64,000 nt of DNA from IMG/VR virus record IMGVR_UViG_3300029288_000094; one strand, given 5' to 3'. Shown one piece after another: positions 1 through 10,155 of this stretch. A program made the translations under genes and the position numbers. The notes under the pieces were generated by a model. It ran no database searches and was not told where the DNA came from. It worked only from the letters and a program-made list of their open reading frames with translations. Origin of the DNA: an uncultured virus (IMG/VR IMGVR_UViG_3300029288_000094). Lineage: Duplodnaviria > Heunggongvirae > Uroviricota > Caudoviricetes. Every line of letters starts with the position of its first letter. Within the stretch, counting starts at the first letter, position 1.

Positions 1-1260
1 CATCACATACACCTTCACATACACCTTCAGCTACACCTTCACCATCACATACGCCATCACATACAGTTTCAGCAACACCTTCAGCTACACCATCACATAC
101 ACCTTCACATACACCTTCAGCTACACCATCACATACACCTTCACATACACCTTCAGCTACACCTTCACCATCACATACACCGTCACACACAGTATCAGCT
201 ACACCGTCAGCAACACCGTCACATACAGTATCAGCCACACCGTCAGCTACACCTTCACATACAGTTTCAGCAACACTGTCACACACAGTGTCAGCTACAC
301 CATCACATACGCCATCACATACAGTTTCAGCAACACCTTCAGCTACACCATCACATACACCGTCAGCAACACCGTCACACACAGTGTCAGCTACACCATC
401 AGCTACACCTTCACATACGGTGTCAGCAACACCTTCAGCTACACCATCACATACACCTTCACATACACCTTCAGCTACACCTTCACCATCAGCTACACCT
501 TCACATACGGTGTCAGCAACACCTTCAGCTACACCATCACATACACCATCACATACACCTTCAGCTACACCTTCACCATCACATACACCTTCACATACAC
601 CTTCAGCTACACCATCACATACACCTTCACATACACCTTCAGCTACACCTTCACCATCACATACTATAAGTCATACTCCTAGTAGTACTCCATCTACAAC
701 AGCATCATTTCATACAGCATCAGCAACACCTTCACATACGGTATCAGCTACACCTTCAGCAACACCATCAGCCACACCGTCAGCTACACCTTCACCTTCA
801 CATACACCTTCACATACGGTGTCAGCTACACCATCACATACAGTTTCAGCAACACCATCAGCCACACCGTCAGCTACACCTTCACCTTCACATACACCTT
901 CACATACACCTTCACATACGGTGTCAGCTACACCATCACATACAGTTTCAGCAACACCATCAGCCACACCGTCAGCTACACCTTCACCTTCACATACGGT
1001 GTCAGCTACACCATCACATACAGTTTCAGCAACACCATCAGCTACACCTTCACCTTCACATACGGTGTCAGCAACACCATCAGCAACACCATCACCTTCA
1101 CATACACCTTCACATACGGTGTCAGCTACACCATCACATACACCGTCAGCAACACCGTCACATACAGTATCAGCCACACCGTCAGCTACACCTTCACCTT
1201 CAGCAACACCTTCACATACTGTATCAGCAACACCGTCAGCAACACCGTCAGCTACTCCCA
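1..1260 (+). repeat. Coding tandem repeat, 12-nt unit (TCA CAT ACA CCT / TCA GCT ACA CCN variants) with 6-nt SP interruptions
   Basis: Directly visible; variation is mostly at third codon positions. Confidence 0.95.
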
Positions 1261-1361
1261 GTGCAATTGAAACTGTATCATACACTACTTTTATATTTAA
1301 AAATAAACCAACAGTATATACTTTTAAAGATAAACCAGAAAAGTATACCTTTTATGAATAA
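3..1361 (+). CDS. Mucin-like Ser/Thr/Pro/His-rich repeat protein, 5'-truncated (candidate virion fibre)
   Basis: Frame is open from the window edge (TCA CAT ACA CCT at 3, in frame with ORF 288..1361). SHTP/SATP/SHTV repeats are followed by a short unique tail IETVSYTTFIFKNKPTVYTFKDKPEKYTFYE. Lies just upstream of adaptor and portal genes. Confidence 0.8.
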   Translation, partial: SHTPSHTPSATPSPSHTPSHTVSATPSATPSHTPSHTPSATPSHTPSHTPSATPSPSHTPSHTVSATPSATPSHTVSATPSATPSHTVSATLSHTVSATPSHTPSHTVSATPSATPSHTPSATPSHTVSATPSATPSHTVSATPSATPSHTPSHTPSATPSPSATPSHTVSATPSATPSHTPSHTPSATPSPSHTPSHTPSATPSHTPSHTPSATPSPSHTISHTPSSTPSTTASFHTASATPSHTVSATPSATPSATPSATPSPSHTPSHTVSATPSHTVSATPSATPSATPSPSHTPSHTPSHTVSATPSHTVSATPSATPSATPSPSHTVSATPSHTVSATPSATPSPSHTVSATPSATPSPSHTPSHTVSATPSHTPSATPSHTVSATPSATPSPSATPSHTVSATPSATPSATPSAIETVSYTTFIFKNKPTVYTFKDKPEKYTFYE

Positions 1362-1372
1362 GGAGAACAACC

Positions 1373-1687
1373 ATGAAGCCCTACAACTGGATTAAACAGC
1401 CAAATGAGTCACGAATTTTAGAAATTGATTGTACTAATACCTTACCTACTGGAATAACTGTAACTGCTGTATCTGCTTATATGTATGACCTAGCTGAAAC
1501 AAATGTATCAGCTTCCATGATTGATGGGGTTCCTACAATAAGTGGAAATTCTGTGTATGTTCAGATAAAAGGTGGTACTACTGGATATAATTATGACTGT
1601 AAGGTTGTTCTTACCTTAAGCAATGGGGAAATAGCAGAAGATGATATTACAGTACAAGTAAAGGATACAAAGGTAGTCAGGAGATGA
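1373..1687 (+). CDS. Small phage fibre adaptor-like protein
   Basis: KQPNE...GGTTGYNY...SNGEIAEDDITVQVKD pattern recalls phage fibre-tail adaptor proteins; AGGAG RBS. Confidence 0.6.
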   Translation: MKPYNWIKQPNESRILEIDCTNTLPTGITVTAVSAYMYDLAETNVSASMIDGVPTISGNSVYVQIKGGTTGYNYDCKVVLTLSNGEIAEDDITVQVKDTKVVRR

Positions 1688-1744
1688 TTACCTATTATAC
1701 TATTATGAAAGAATATATTTCTTCATAAGTAAAGGAGAAGCAAA

Positions 1745-4700
1745 ATGGGAGAGGCTATTTCACAGTATTTGCGAAAAGTAATTCAGGAAGAGGCTACTAA
1801 GTTAGCATTGGTTAAAAAGTCAGTAGGACCACTGGCAGATGATAGCAGAATATACAGAAGTATGAACAGTATTCTAACGTCATCTGATAACATGGAGGTT
1901 ACTGACCCTTACCAGAAATCAGTGTGGGTGTTTGCTGCAATAAATGCTATTGCTCAGAATATATCAAGAGTACCTTTTTATATTTATGAGGAGAAGAAGA
2001 AAGACATTAAAACTGTTGTGTCTGAAGGTGCTTTATATAATTTATTTATGAACCCAAATCCATATATGATTTCAAGTACATTGATATTTGCTACTATTAT
2101 CTTTATGGAACTATATGGTGAGGCATTCTGGGTATTGGAAGGTAGAAAGAATGTAACTGAAATACCCACTGAAATATGGTGTGTTACTCCCTCAAGATTT
2201 GAACCTTTGTATGATAATAACAGACAGTTTAGAGGTTACTGGGAATATACAGCAAGAGATGTAAAGATTAAATTTGCTCCTCATGAAATCCTTCATATTA
2301 AATACTTTAACCCTTACAATGATATTAGGGGTTTATCTGGTATAGAAGCATCAAGAGTTGGTGTTGAACAGGATTATTTTGCAAGTAAGTATAATAAACA
2401 ATTCTTTAAAGATGGTGTATCACTTTCTGGTATAGTAGAAGCACCTGATTTCTTAACTGATGAACAATACAATAGATTGAAAATGCAGTTTGAGGAAAGA
2501 CATGGTGGGTATGGCAATGCTCATAAGGTGGGTATTGTTGAAGGTGGTGCTGAATTCAAAGAAACTAAAGCTATGTCACAGAGGGACATGGAATTTAGTG
2601 TTTTGAAAAATACTATACGTGGAGAAATACTTGCAGCTTTTAAGGCTAATGAGGTTGTCCTTGGTAACTATGAGAACATACAATGCTTTCACCCTGATAC
2701 TGAAGTCATGACAGATAATGGATTTATTCCTGTAGCTGATGTTAAAGTTGGGGATAAAATAGCTTCAATGAATCCAGAGACTGGGTTGATAGAATTCAAA
2801 GACACAACAAAAATTTATACTTATGATTATGACGGGGAAATGTATACCCAGAAAAAGAGTTTGGTTAATGGGCAAAATGTTGCTTTGAAGACTGATTACA
2901 TGATTACTCCAGAGCATAAAATGTTTGGGAAGGAGAAGAATTGTAAACATAGTACATTTAAATCGGATTATAAATTTAAAAGAATTTCAGAAATACAAGA
3001 AAATACTTTTGGTTCTCCTAAAAATGGAGAATGGGATGGAAAGATTATAGAGGAATTTATAATAGAAAAAACAGAGGATAGTGAAAAACTTTCTAGAAAT
3101 GGTAGAAAAACTACTACCTTCCCCATAGTTCCTTGGCTAAAGTTTTTAGGATGGTTTATTTCTGAAGGGTGCTATAGAAGAGCTAGTTCTTATGAATTAG
3201 GAATAGCACAGTCTAATGAGGAAGGTGTTATAAAATTAAGAGAAGACTTAGAGAGTTTTCCTTACACTTTTAAAGAATATCAAAGTAAAGATTGGCATGG
3301 CTCCACTTTTGTTACAAGAGGAAAAGATTTGTATAATTATTTAATGGAGAATGTTGGGCATTATTGTCATGAAAAGAGAATTCCAAGAGAAATTCTAAAT
3401 CTACATCCTTCTTTGCTACAACATTTGTTTAATGCTTTAATGGAAGGAGATGGTACAAAAACAAAAAATGATAGTTTTGTTTTTTATACAACATCAAAAG
3501 GATTAGCTGATGATGTATATGAACTTGCTTTGAGGGTAGGAAGAACGCCAACACTAAGAGGAGGAAAAAAAGGATTAATAAGAAAAAGTGAGAAATCTCC
3601 AAATAAAAGAAATATGTGGCAAGTTTATATTTCTAATAAAGAACAGAATAGTAAACTTGTTACTATAAGACCTGAAAAAGTGGGGTATAAAGGTAAGGTT
3701 TACTGCTTTGAAGTTCCCCCCTACCATAATGTTTTAACTAGATATAATGGAAAATCTTTAATGATTTCGCAGTCTTATGAGGGCATTGCGAATGCACACC
3801 AGTCATTTTGGAAAGAAACATTACTTCCAAAAATGATATATGTAGAAGATTTTCTATGGGCTAAGTTTTTCTCTAACCTCTTTGGTGGTAAATATTGGGG
3901 CAGTTTTGATACTTCAGTTATTGAAGCACTCAGGGAAGATTTCAAAAGTAAAGTAGAGATGGCAGAAATCCTTAATAAAATGGGTTATCCGATTAATATG
4001 ATTAATAAAAGACTAGATATGGGATTTGAGGATGTTAAATGGGGTAATACTTGGTTTGTCAAAATGGGTACAGTTCCTGTTGAGTATGCTATGGAGAATC
4101 CAGTACCAGAACCAACTAAACCTACTGATGATGAAGATGATGAACCTGGAAATACCCCTGATGAACCAGATGATGAAGATGGAGAGGAACCTATGGAGCC
4201 AGATGAAGGTGAGAAACAATTAGAATTATCTAAGAGAGATGATTCCCTTTGGGCTAATTTTATATCAAGAGAAGTTCCTGTAGAGCAGATGTTTAAGAGT
4301 AAACTAAAGAGATTTCTTTATGAGCAGAGAAAGAAAGTATTGGCAAATGTTTATAATAATAAAGAAGATATCCTTAATGTGGATGAAGAAGTAAAATTAC
4401 TTGAGCATATGTTCCAGAATTTATATTATGTAGCTTCACAGACAGGTAAAGAACTTCTTAAAGAAGAACTTCTTATAGATGAAGTAGAGTATAAAGAAAT
4501 AGAAGATTTTATATTTGACAGATTGAAATTTAGTTCTAAAACAGTAGTAAATACTATTTACAATAGCTTACTTAAGTTGCTTGATGAGAATAAAGACAAA
4601 AGTGTTAAAGTAAAGGCAGATAAAGTAAGGACACTTTACAATAAAACTGATAATAGAATAGTTACGATTGCACGTACTGAATCATCTTCTATTATAAATG

Positions 4701-4936
4701 GTGTTAGATTTATGCTTATGCAGAAAAATGGTGTAAAATACCATAAATGGGTTTCAAGGTCAGAAAGTGGTAGACATGCTAAGTTTAACAATAGAATTGT
4801 TAAATTAGGTGAGTCATTTAGTAAAGATTTTACCTTAAGATACCCTACTGATAGGAAAAGTCCTATAAATGAAACAGTGAACTGCCTGTGTATAACAGTT
4901 CCTATAATAAATGTTAAAAATATTAAAGATATTTGA
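1745..4936 (+). CDS. Portal protein (HK97-type) with intein, fused to C-terminal MuF/gp7-like head morphogenesis domain
   Basis: Portal motifs (WVFAAINAIAQNIS, YGEAFW, EILHIKYFNP..RGLS, FFKDG); acidic linker; C-terminal TIARTE..KW..RH..LRYP.D..ETVNCLC. Confidence 0.9.
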   Translation: MGEAISQYLRKVIQEEATKLALVKKSVGPLADDSRIYRSMNSILTSSDNMEVTDPYQKSVWVFAAINAIAQNISRVPFYIYEEKKKDIKTVVSEGALYNLFMNPNPYMISSTLIFATIIFMELYGEAFWVLEGRKNVTEIPTEIWCVTPSRFEPLYDNNRQFRGYWEYTARDVKIKFAPHEILHIKYFNPYNDIRGLSGIEASRVGVEQDYFASKYNKQFFKDGVSLSGIVEAPDFLTDEQYNRLKMQFEERHGGYGNAHKVGIVEGGAEFKETKAMSQRDMEFSVLKNTIRGEILAAFKANEVVLGNYENIQCFHPDTEVMTDNGFIPVADVKVGDKIASMNPETGLIEFKDTTKIYTYDYDGEMYTQKKSLVNGQNVALKTDYMITPEHKMFGKEKNCKHSTFKSDYKFKRISEIQENTFGSPKNGEWDGKIIEEFIIEKTEDSEKLSRNGRKTTTFPIVPWLKFLGWFISEGCYRRASSYELGIAQSNEEGVIKLREDLESFPYTFKEYQSKDWHGSTFVTRGKDLYNYLMENVGHYCHEKRIPREILNLHPSLLQHLFNALMEGDGTKTKNDSFVFYTTSKGLADDVYELALRVGRTPTLRGGKKGLIRKSEKSPNKRNMWQVYISNKEQNSKLVTIRPEKVGYKGKVYCFEVPPYHNVLTRYNGKSLMISQSYEGIANAHQSFWKETLLPKMIYVEDFLWAKFFSNLFGGKYWGSFDTSVIEALREDFKSKVEMAEILNKMGYPINMINKRLDMGFEDVKWGNTWFVKMGTVPVEYAMENPVPEPTKPTDDEDDEPGNTPDEPDDEDGEEPMEPDEGEKQLELSKRDDSLWANFISREVPVEQMFKSKLKRFLYEQRKKVLANVYNNKEDILNVDEEVKLLEHMFQNLYYVASQTGKELLKEELLIDEVEYKEIEDFIFDRLKFSSKTVVNTIYNSLLKLLDENKDKSVKVKADKVRTLYNKTDNRIVTIARTESSSIINGVRFMLMQKNGVKYHKWVSRSESGRHAKFNNRIVKLGESFSKDFTLRYPTDRKSPINETVNCLCITVPIINVKNIKDI
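2684..3772 (+). mobile_element. Intein (363 aa) with LAGLIDADG endonuclease in portal; C-terminal Gln
   Basis: ENIQ|CFHPDTEVMT (block A), ITPEH (block B), FLGWFISEG and LMEGDG (LAGLIDADG), VYCFEVP (block F), ends MISQ|S. Confidence 0.9.
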
Positions 4937-4984
4937 AGTTTATGTCGATAATATAATAAGACGTGAAGTTTTTGGAGGAGAATA

Positions 4985-6250
4985 ATGGAAAAAGTTATCA
5001 AGACTCATATCGGGGAAATTAGAGGAGTGGATGAGAAAAATTTCACTGTTGAGGCAGTTGTTTCTGATGAAACTATTGATAGGTATCAAGAAGTTATAAA
5101 AATAGAAGCATGGAAGAAAGGTTTGGGTGCTTACAAGAAACATGGTCCCCTGCTTTCAAGTCATAATTATGGAAGTTTACTTAACCAAATAGGTGTTGCT
5201 GAAAGAGTAAGAGTGGAAGATGATAAACTTATAGCAAAGTTTAAATACTTTGTTGGTAATGGAAATGCTGAAGCAGACTGGGCATTTCATCTTGCCAAAC
5301 AGGGACTTGCTGCTTATTCTGTAGGTTTTCTTCCACGTCCGGGTGGTTATGAAACAGCCAGTTGGGATGATGAAGATGTGAAAGCTGGCAAGAAACCTTG
5401 CAGAACCTATACTGATGTAGAACTTCTTGAAATTTCTCAAGTAACAGTTCCTGCCAATCCTTCAGCACTTCAGAAGAGCATGAATGACAATGAAGATGCT
5501 TTTATGAAAGAGTATTTTGAGCTAGTACAGCAGAAACTTTTTACAGGAAATCAACAGTTATCTAATGAAATGAGGGATAAATATGAAGAAATAATTCCTA
5601 TAGAAGAAGACTTCTCTGAGATGGTTACAAAAGACCTTGAAGGTGAAATAGAAACTAAGCCTGATACTGAAGGTTATGTTCATATTGGAGTTGATGAAGG
5701 TAAACATGGAGACCACAAGATAAGAACTATTTCCATTTCTAAAGATCAGGGAATACAGGCTCACTATTGTGTAGACTGTAAGAAAGTAACTGGCTACCTC
5801 TTTGATAAATCGAAAGGATGGACTCATGAGAAAGCCAAGAAATGGGTTGATGACCATACTAAGAAAGATGATTTTGAAGAAATGTTTACTAGATTTATTG
5901 AGGAAGACTCTACAGATAAATCATTTGAGGAATATGTAGAAGAAGATAAAAAACCAAAGAAACCTAAAGGTGGTTGTAAATCAGAGGAGGAAGAAGAAAT
6001 GGTTTTAGAAGCTATAAAAGAACTTAGTGCAAAGATTGATGCTATTGAAGCTAGATTAATTAAGTGGGATGAGGAGGATGAAAAACTACAGAAAGATTTA
6101 GAGGAAATAGCTACTGCTATGAGTGAGAAAGAAAGAAAAGAAGAGGAAGATGCTTTAAAGAAACAAATAGAAGAGGATGAAGATTATATAAAGAGTACCT
6201 TAAATGGTATGAATGAACTAATGGCTAAATTTTCCGTTCAGTCGAAATGA
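4985..6250 (+). CDS. Prohead protease (HK97 family) with C-terminal extension/scaffold
   Basis: IDRYQEVI, LLSSH, YSVGF, ELLEISQVTVPANPSAL motifs; acidic coiled-coil tail. Confidence 0.9.
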   Translation: MEKVIKTHIGEIRGVDEKNFTVEAVVSDETIDRYQEVIKIEAWKKGLGAYKKHGPLLSSHNYGSLLNQIGVAERVRVEDDKLIAKFKYFVGNGNAEADWAFHLAKQGLAAYSVGFLPRPGGYETASWDDEDVKAGKKPCRTYTDVELLEISQVTVPANPSALQKSMNDNEDAFMKEYFELVQQKLFTGNQQLSNEMRDKYEEIIPIEEDFSEMVTKDLEGEIETKPDTEGYVHIGVDEGKHGDHKIRTISISKDQGIQAHYCVDCKKVTGYLFDKSKGWTHEKAKKWVDDHTKKDDFEEMFTRFIEEDSTDKSFEEYVEEDKKPKKPKGGCKSEEEEEMVLEAIKELSAKIDAIEARLIKWDEEDEKLQKDLEEIATAMSEKERKEEEDALKKQIEEDEDYIKSTLNGMNELMAKFSVQSK

Positions 6251-6302
6251 CAATGAACAAGGAGATTATTATAACACACAAATATTTAGGAGGATTTTAA
6301 TT

Positions 6303-7490
6303 ATGGAAATTAAAGAAATGTTAGATGCACAGATGAAGTATTTGACAGACATGGGAGCTACTATTGAAGAAATAAATATGGCTAGAAAGTCTCTTGAGAC
6401 TAGAATGAAAGATTTGGAAGCCAGAATGACTCCCAGTAGAGTTATTGGTCCTCTTCCAGGACTGGAAGATGAGGCTAAAAATTTCTCAATACTTAGAGCA
6501 GCTAGGGCTATTATATCTCAGGATTGGTCTACGGCTGGTTTTGAGAAAGAAGTTTTTCAGGAGGTTCGTAAGAGAACTATGTCTATAGGTGAGGATTCGT
6601 CAATGGGTTATTTTGTACCCAATGAGATTCTTGCTGGCTATATTGAACTGCTTAGAGCAGAATCAGTTGTAATTGGTATGGGAGCTACCGTACTTGATAA
6701 CCTTCGTGGTGTTCCTGTACAGCTTCCGAAACAGACTGGTGGAGCAACTGCTTACTGGGTCGGTGAGAATGAGTCTATCACATCGTCTGATTTGACGACT
6801 GGTATGATTGCATTAACTCCGAAAAAGATTGGAGCATTGGTTAAGGTTTCTAACGAAACTTTGAAGTATACCAATCCTTCAGCAGAAGCAGTAATTAGGA
6901 ATGACCTTTTTACTACGATTGCTCTCGCTATTGACTTGGCAGCTTTGAGAGGTTCAGGTTCTGATAATGAGCCTTGTGGTATTGCAAATACTGCTAGTAT
7001 TAACACTGTTGCTATAGGTGATGATGGTGGTGCTCCTACCTTTGATTACCTGTATGATATGCAGTATGAACTTCAGTATGATAATGCCTTTAGGGGCAAA
7101 CTTGGTTTCTTATTCCATCCAGCAACTAGACGTAGACTGGTAAAAACGAAAATTGCTCAGTACTCTACTGATACTGGCGGTGATTATATAATTCAGCCTA
7201 TGGTTTCCGATCAGGCTCTAGTTTCTTGGATGGGTTTCCCCTACAAGATGACGACACAGATTCCTATAAACCTTAAAAAAGGTAAATCTACTAACTGTAC
7301 TGAAATTTATTTTGGTAACTGGGCTGAGTTGCTAATTGGTATGTGGGGTGGGATTGAGTTGATGGCTTCTAAGGAAACTTCGACTGCTTTCCAGACTGAC
7401 CAGACTTGGATTCGTATTCTCCAGTCTATAGATATTCAGGTGCGTCACCCTGAGTCTTTCTGTCTGATTAATGATGCGACAATTGCGTAA
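6303..7490 (+). CDS. Major capsid protein (HK97 fold)
   Basis: GYFVP, AYWVGE, LTPKKIGALVKVSNE, FGNW motifs; position after protease. Confidence 0.93.
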   Translation: MEIKEMLDAQMKYLTDMGATIEEINMARKSLETRMKDLEARMTPSRVIGPLPGLEDEAKNFSILRAARAIISQDWSTAGFEKEVFQEVRKRTMSIGEDSSMGYFVPNEILAGYIELLRAESVVIGMGATVLDNLRGVPVQLPKQTGGATAYWVGENESITSSDLTTGMIALTPKKIGALVKVSNETLKYTNPSAEAVIRNDLFTTIALAIDLAALRGSGSDNEPCGIANTASINTVAIGDDGGAPTFDYLYDMQYELQYDNAFRGKLGFLFHPATRRRLVKTKIAQYSTDTGGDYIIQPMVSDQALVSWMGFPYKMTTQIPINLKKGKSTNCTEIYFGNWAELLIGMWGGIELMASKETSTAFQTDQTWIRILQSIDIQVRHPESFCLINDATIA

Positions 7491-7496
7491 CTATAT

Positions 7497-7515
7497 GGGG
7501 AAGTCAACCTTCCCC
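7497..7515 (+). terminator. Stem-loop after capsid gene (GGGGAAG-TCAAC-CTTCCCC)
   Basis: 7-bp perfect stem right after the stop; weak U-tract. Confidence 0.55.
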
Positions 7516-7541
7516 TCTAAAATTTTAGGAGGTAACTAATT

Positions 7542-7961
7542 ATGCTTAGAGATTTGGGAAATATGATTGCTTCTCAGGTGACACTTGCACCGCAGACTAT
7601 AGGTACGACAGGGAATTCTTCTGTCGATGGTGTTGGTGTTGATAGAAAAGGGTATGAATCTGCCGTGTTTGTGTTTACAAATTCACAGGCAAGAGCCATT
7701 ACTACAATACCTACAGGTCTAACAATTACTTATACTGTTCAGGATTCAACAGATGATTCCACTTATGCTGATACTGCTTATAGTGATACCTGTGTTATTA
7801 CTAACACATATACTGTGACAGAGGTTGATGTACATGACATGAAACCTCTTTCAAGGTATGTAAGAGGTAAAGTAGCTTATAGTGCTACTGGTGGTTCTGG
7901 AGACTTTATAGTAGTTTCTGGAACTATTGTTCTTGGTGCTCCTACTGTTTATCCTAAGTAG
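7542..7961 (+). CDS. Probable capsid decoration/cement protein
   Basis: Beta-rich, VDRKGYES...VQDS.D...RYVR pattern; follows the capsid gene; AGGAGG RBS. Confidence 0.65.
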   Translation: MLRDLGNMIASQVTLAPQTIGTTGNSSVDGVGVDRKGYESAVFVFTNSQARAITTIPTGLTITYTVQDSTDDSTYADTAYSDTCVITNTYTVTEVDVHDMKPLSRYVRGKVAYSATGGSGDFIVVSGTIVLGAPTVYPK

Positions 7962-7988
7962 GAACTAAATAAATGATGGGGGGAGACC

Positions 7989-8264
7989 ATGAAAACAGTA
8001 GTTAAGAAAGGTTATGTGGTTTTCTACAATAAAATGAGATTGACGGAGGGGATGGAAGTCCCCTCCAAAATCTTAGCTGATGTAGAAAAAAACCAGTCTT
8101 GGAAAATTGAGAAGGTGAAAGATGGCAAAACAGAAAAAGAAGCCGGCTCCAGTAACACAGGAGAAGCCGAAGAAGAAAAACAAGAAGAAAAAGAAATAGT
8201 TCTTCGTGATATAGTTAATGACAGAGCTATGGCTGAAGAGAAAGTAAGAAAAAGAGGAAGATAA
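7989..8264 (+). CDS. Hypothetical head-region protein
   Basis: ORF with GGAG RBS in the morphogenesis operon. Confidence 0.6.
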   Translation: MKTVVKKGYVVFYNKMRLTEGMEVPSKILADVEKNQSWKIEKVKDGKTEKEAGSSNTGEAEEEKQEEKEIVLRDIVNDRAMAEEKVRKRGR

Positions 8265-8267
8265 TAT

Positions 8268-8885
8268 ATGAGCATAATGCTCGTACCTTTATCAACAGTT
8301 AAGTCCTTTCTTGACATTGATACTGAAAAGACTGACTATGATAGTTTGTTAGTAACTATCATAAAATATGTTTCTAGTAGATTTGAAACTTTCCTTAATA
8401 GAAAGTTGCAAAAACAAGAACGTACTCAGTATTTTGAAGCAGGTAGGTCTAAATACTTTTTAGAAGCATTTCCAGTGGACTCATCTGCTTCAATAACTGT
8501 AGTACTAAATGATGATACACAGACAATAAATGATGATTATTGGTTATGGCCTGAACTTGGAATAATTCATTTTGATTCCGCTACTTCCTATATTGAACCT
8601 AGAGAGTTATATGTAACTTATACTGGTGGGTATGCTGCCACAGACACATCAGTTGGTATAACTGGAATTAGTACTATTACAGAAACTGTTTTATTAGGTG
8701 TTCCAGATGATGTGTCATTTGCCTGTTTACTACAAACAGCATTTGTTTTTAGAAGAAGAAAAGATATAGGATTGAGTTCAGTTTCAATGCCAGATGGTGC
8801 TATAAACACTATTTTTGCTGCTGATTTATTGCCTGAAGTTAAAAAGATACTATTAAATTACCGTAAAGTACCTACTGATTACTGA
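8268..8885 (+). CDS. Head-tail connector (gp6/gp15-like)
   Basis: LSTVKSFL..D..L, VTYTGGY, VPDDVSFAC, LPEVKKILLNYR. Confidence 0.8.
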   Translation: MSIMLVPLSTVKSFLDIDTEKTDYDSLLVTIIKYVSSRFETFLNRKLQKQERTQYFEAGRSKYFLEAFPVDSSASITVVLNDDTQTINDDYWLWPELGIIHFDSATSYIEPRELYVTYTGGYAATDTSVGITGISTITETVLLGVPDDVSFACLLQTAFVFRRRKDIGLSSVSMPDGAINTIFAADLLPEVKKILLNYRKVPTDY

Positions 8886-9487
8886 TGATAACTGTTAGAG
8901 TAAAGAAAATACAGATACCAGATAAGTTTAGAAATCTCTCAAAAAGATTGCCTTCTTATATTACTAAATATATGTATGAGCATATAGATAGTAGTTTAGA
9001 TAGTGCAATTAAAAGAATTAGGGATAATTATGTTTATAAAAAATTAACAAGAGATACTGGTAAACTTGGGAAGTCTATGACTCCTTATAAAAGGAGAGTT
9101 AGTCCTACTTCTTTAGAATATGGTTTATGGTTTGATACAAGAATAGCTCCACATGCAGCTACTCAGATACCTGAGAATGATAGAGGTTTAACTATTATAA
9201 AATCAAAAGGAAAAAAATTGACTATCCCAATAAAAGGTGGACCAGCTGATGTGAAAGGTAGAAGATTAATTGCTGCTGGTATGGGATTAACTGCAAAAAG
9301 GGGAATACTTTATAAAGGAGAAGTTCCTTATTTTACTTTAAAAACTTCGGTAACTGTTCCACAAAGAATATATAGAAGTACTATCAGGGAATATTTAACT
9401 GACCCTGTTGTTGGTAATATGCAAGGTGCTATAAATAGAATAGGAAAACAGGCTATTAAAGCAGCACAAAGAGATAAAATTATATGA
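8885..9487 (+). CDS. Neck/tail completion protein (HK97 gp10-like)
   Basis: RDTGKLGKS motif, basic, position. Confidence 0.6.
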   Translation: MITVRVKKIQIPDKFRNLSKRLPSYITKYMYEHIDSSLDSAIKRIRDNYVYKKLTRDTGKLGKSMTPYKRRVSPTSLEYGLWFDTRIAPHAATQIPENDRGLTIIKSKGKKLTIPIKGGPADVKGRRLIAAGMGLTAKRGILYKGEVPYFTLKTSVTVPQRIYRSTIREYLTDPVVGNMQGAINRIGKQAIKAAQRDKII

Positions 9488-9933
9488 TACAATCAGAAGG
9501 TTTAACTACCAGACAGCATATACTTGATGATTTAAAAGTGTTTCTTGAGGAAGTTGCTGATGATTCTGGTTCACCTTTATTTAAACAGGTAGAACTTACA
9601 AGAACTGCTCCACCTGATTTAGAAACAATCCCTTTACCTGCTTGCTTTATATACTCTGAAAGAGAATATAGAGTAGAAGATGAAAGATCAGTTATAGGGA
9701 AAGAAACTTGGGAATGGTATGTTATTTTGGAAGTATTTGCTATTGATGAGGAATTAGAGACAATATTAAAGTTTGTACATTCAAAATTATATGACCATTA
9801 CCAGATTAATGACTATGCTTCTTGGGCTGAAAGAATGGGTGTTGATTTCTTTGTAGTAGACCCAACTAAACAATTAACTAGTATGGCAATAAGTTATCGC
9901 ATAACTTATAGACACGCAAATGGAGTGATGTAA
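9484..9933 (+). CDS. Tail terminator-like protein
   Basis: Acidic, LPACFIY motif, position before tail tube. Confidence 0.6.
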   Translation: MIQSEGLTTRQHILDDLKVFLEEVADDSGSPLFKQVELTRTAPPDLETIPLPACFIYSEREYRVEDERSVIGKETWEWYVILEVFAIDEELETILKFVHSKLYDHYQINDYASWAERMGVDFFVVDPTKQLTSMAISYRITYRHANGVM

Positions 9934-10154
9934 TGAAGAAAATTTACTATGAAGCAGGACCCCCATCATTATTTATTGTTAATGTTGGGATGTTCAAAAT
10001 AAAAGTACCAAAAGAAGTTGAAGATGAATATGCAGATGCCTTGGTAAAAAAAGGCACTTTTAAATATTATGAAGAACCAATGAAACATAAGAAAACAAAT
10101 AAATTAGAACAATTTTTGACAGTAGACGAATTTTTACCAATAGGAGGTAAGTAA
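9933..10154 (+). CDS. Hypothetical protein
   Basis: ORF translationally coupled within the operon. Confidence 0.6.
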   Translation: MKKIYYEAGPPSLFIVNVGMFKIKVPKEVEDEYADALVKKGTFKYYEEPMKHKKTNKLEQFLTVDEFLPIGGK

Positions 10155-10155
10155 G

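Noticed and set aside
1..1260. Repeat array as a CRISPR or guide-RNA array
   Set aside because: No unique spacers; units are multiples of 3 with synonymous variation, so it is a coding repeat
710..1285. Antisense ORF (VADGVCEG repeats) and the many other short opposite-strand ORFs in the track
   Set aside because: They are shadows of well-supported genes on the other strand, against operon direction
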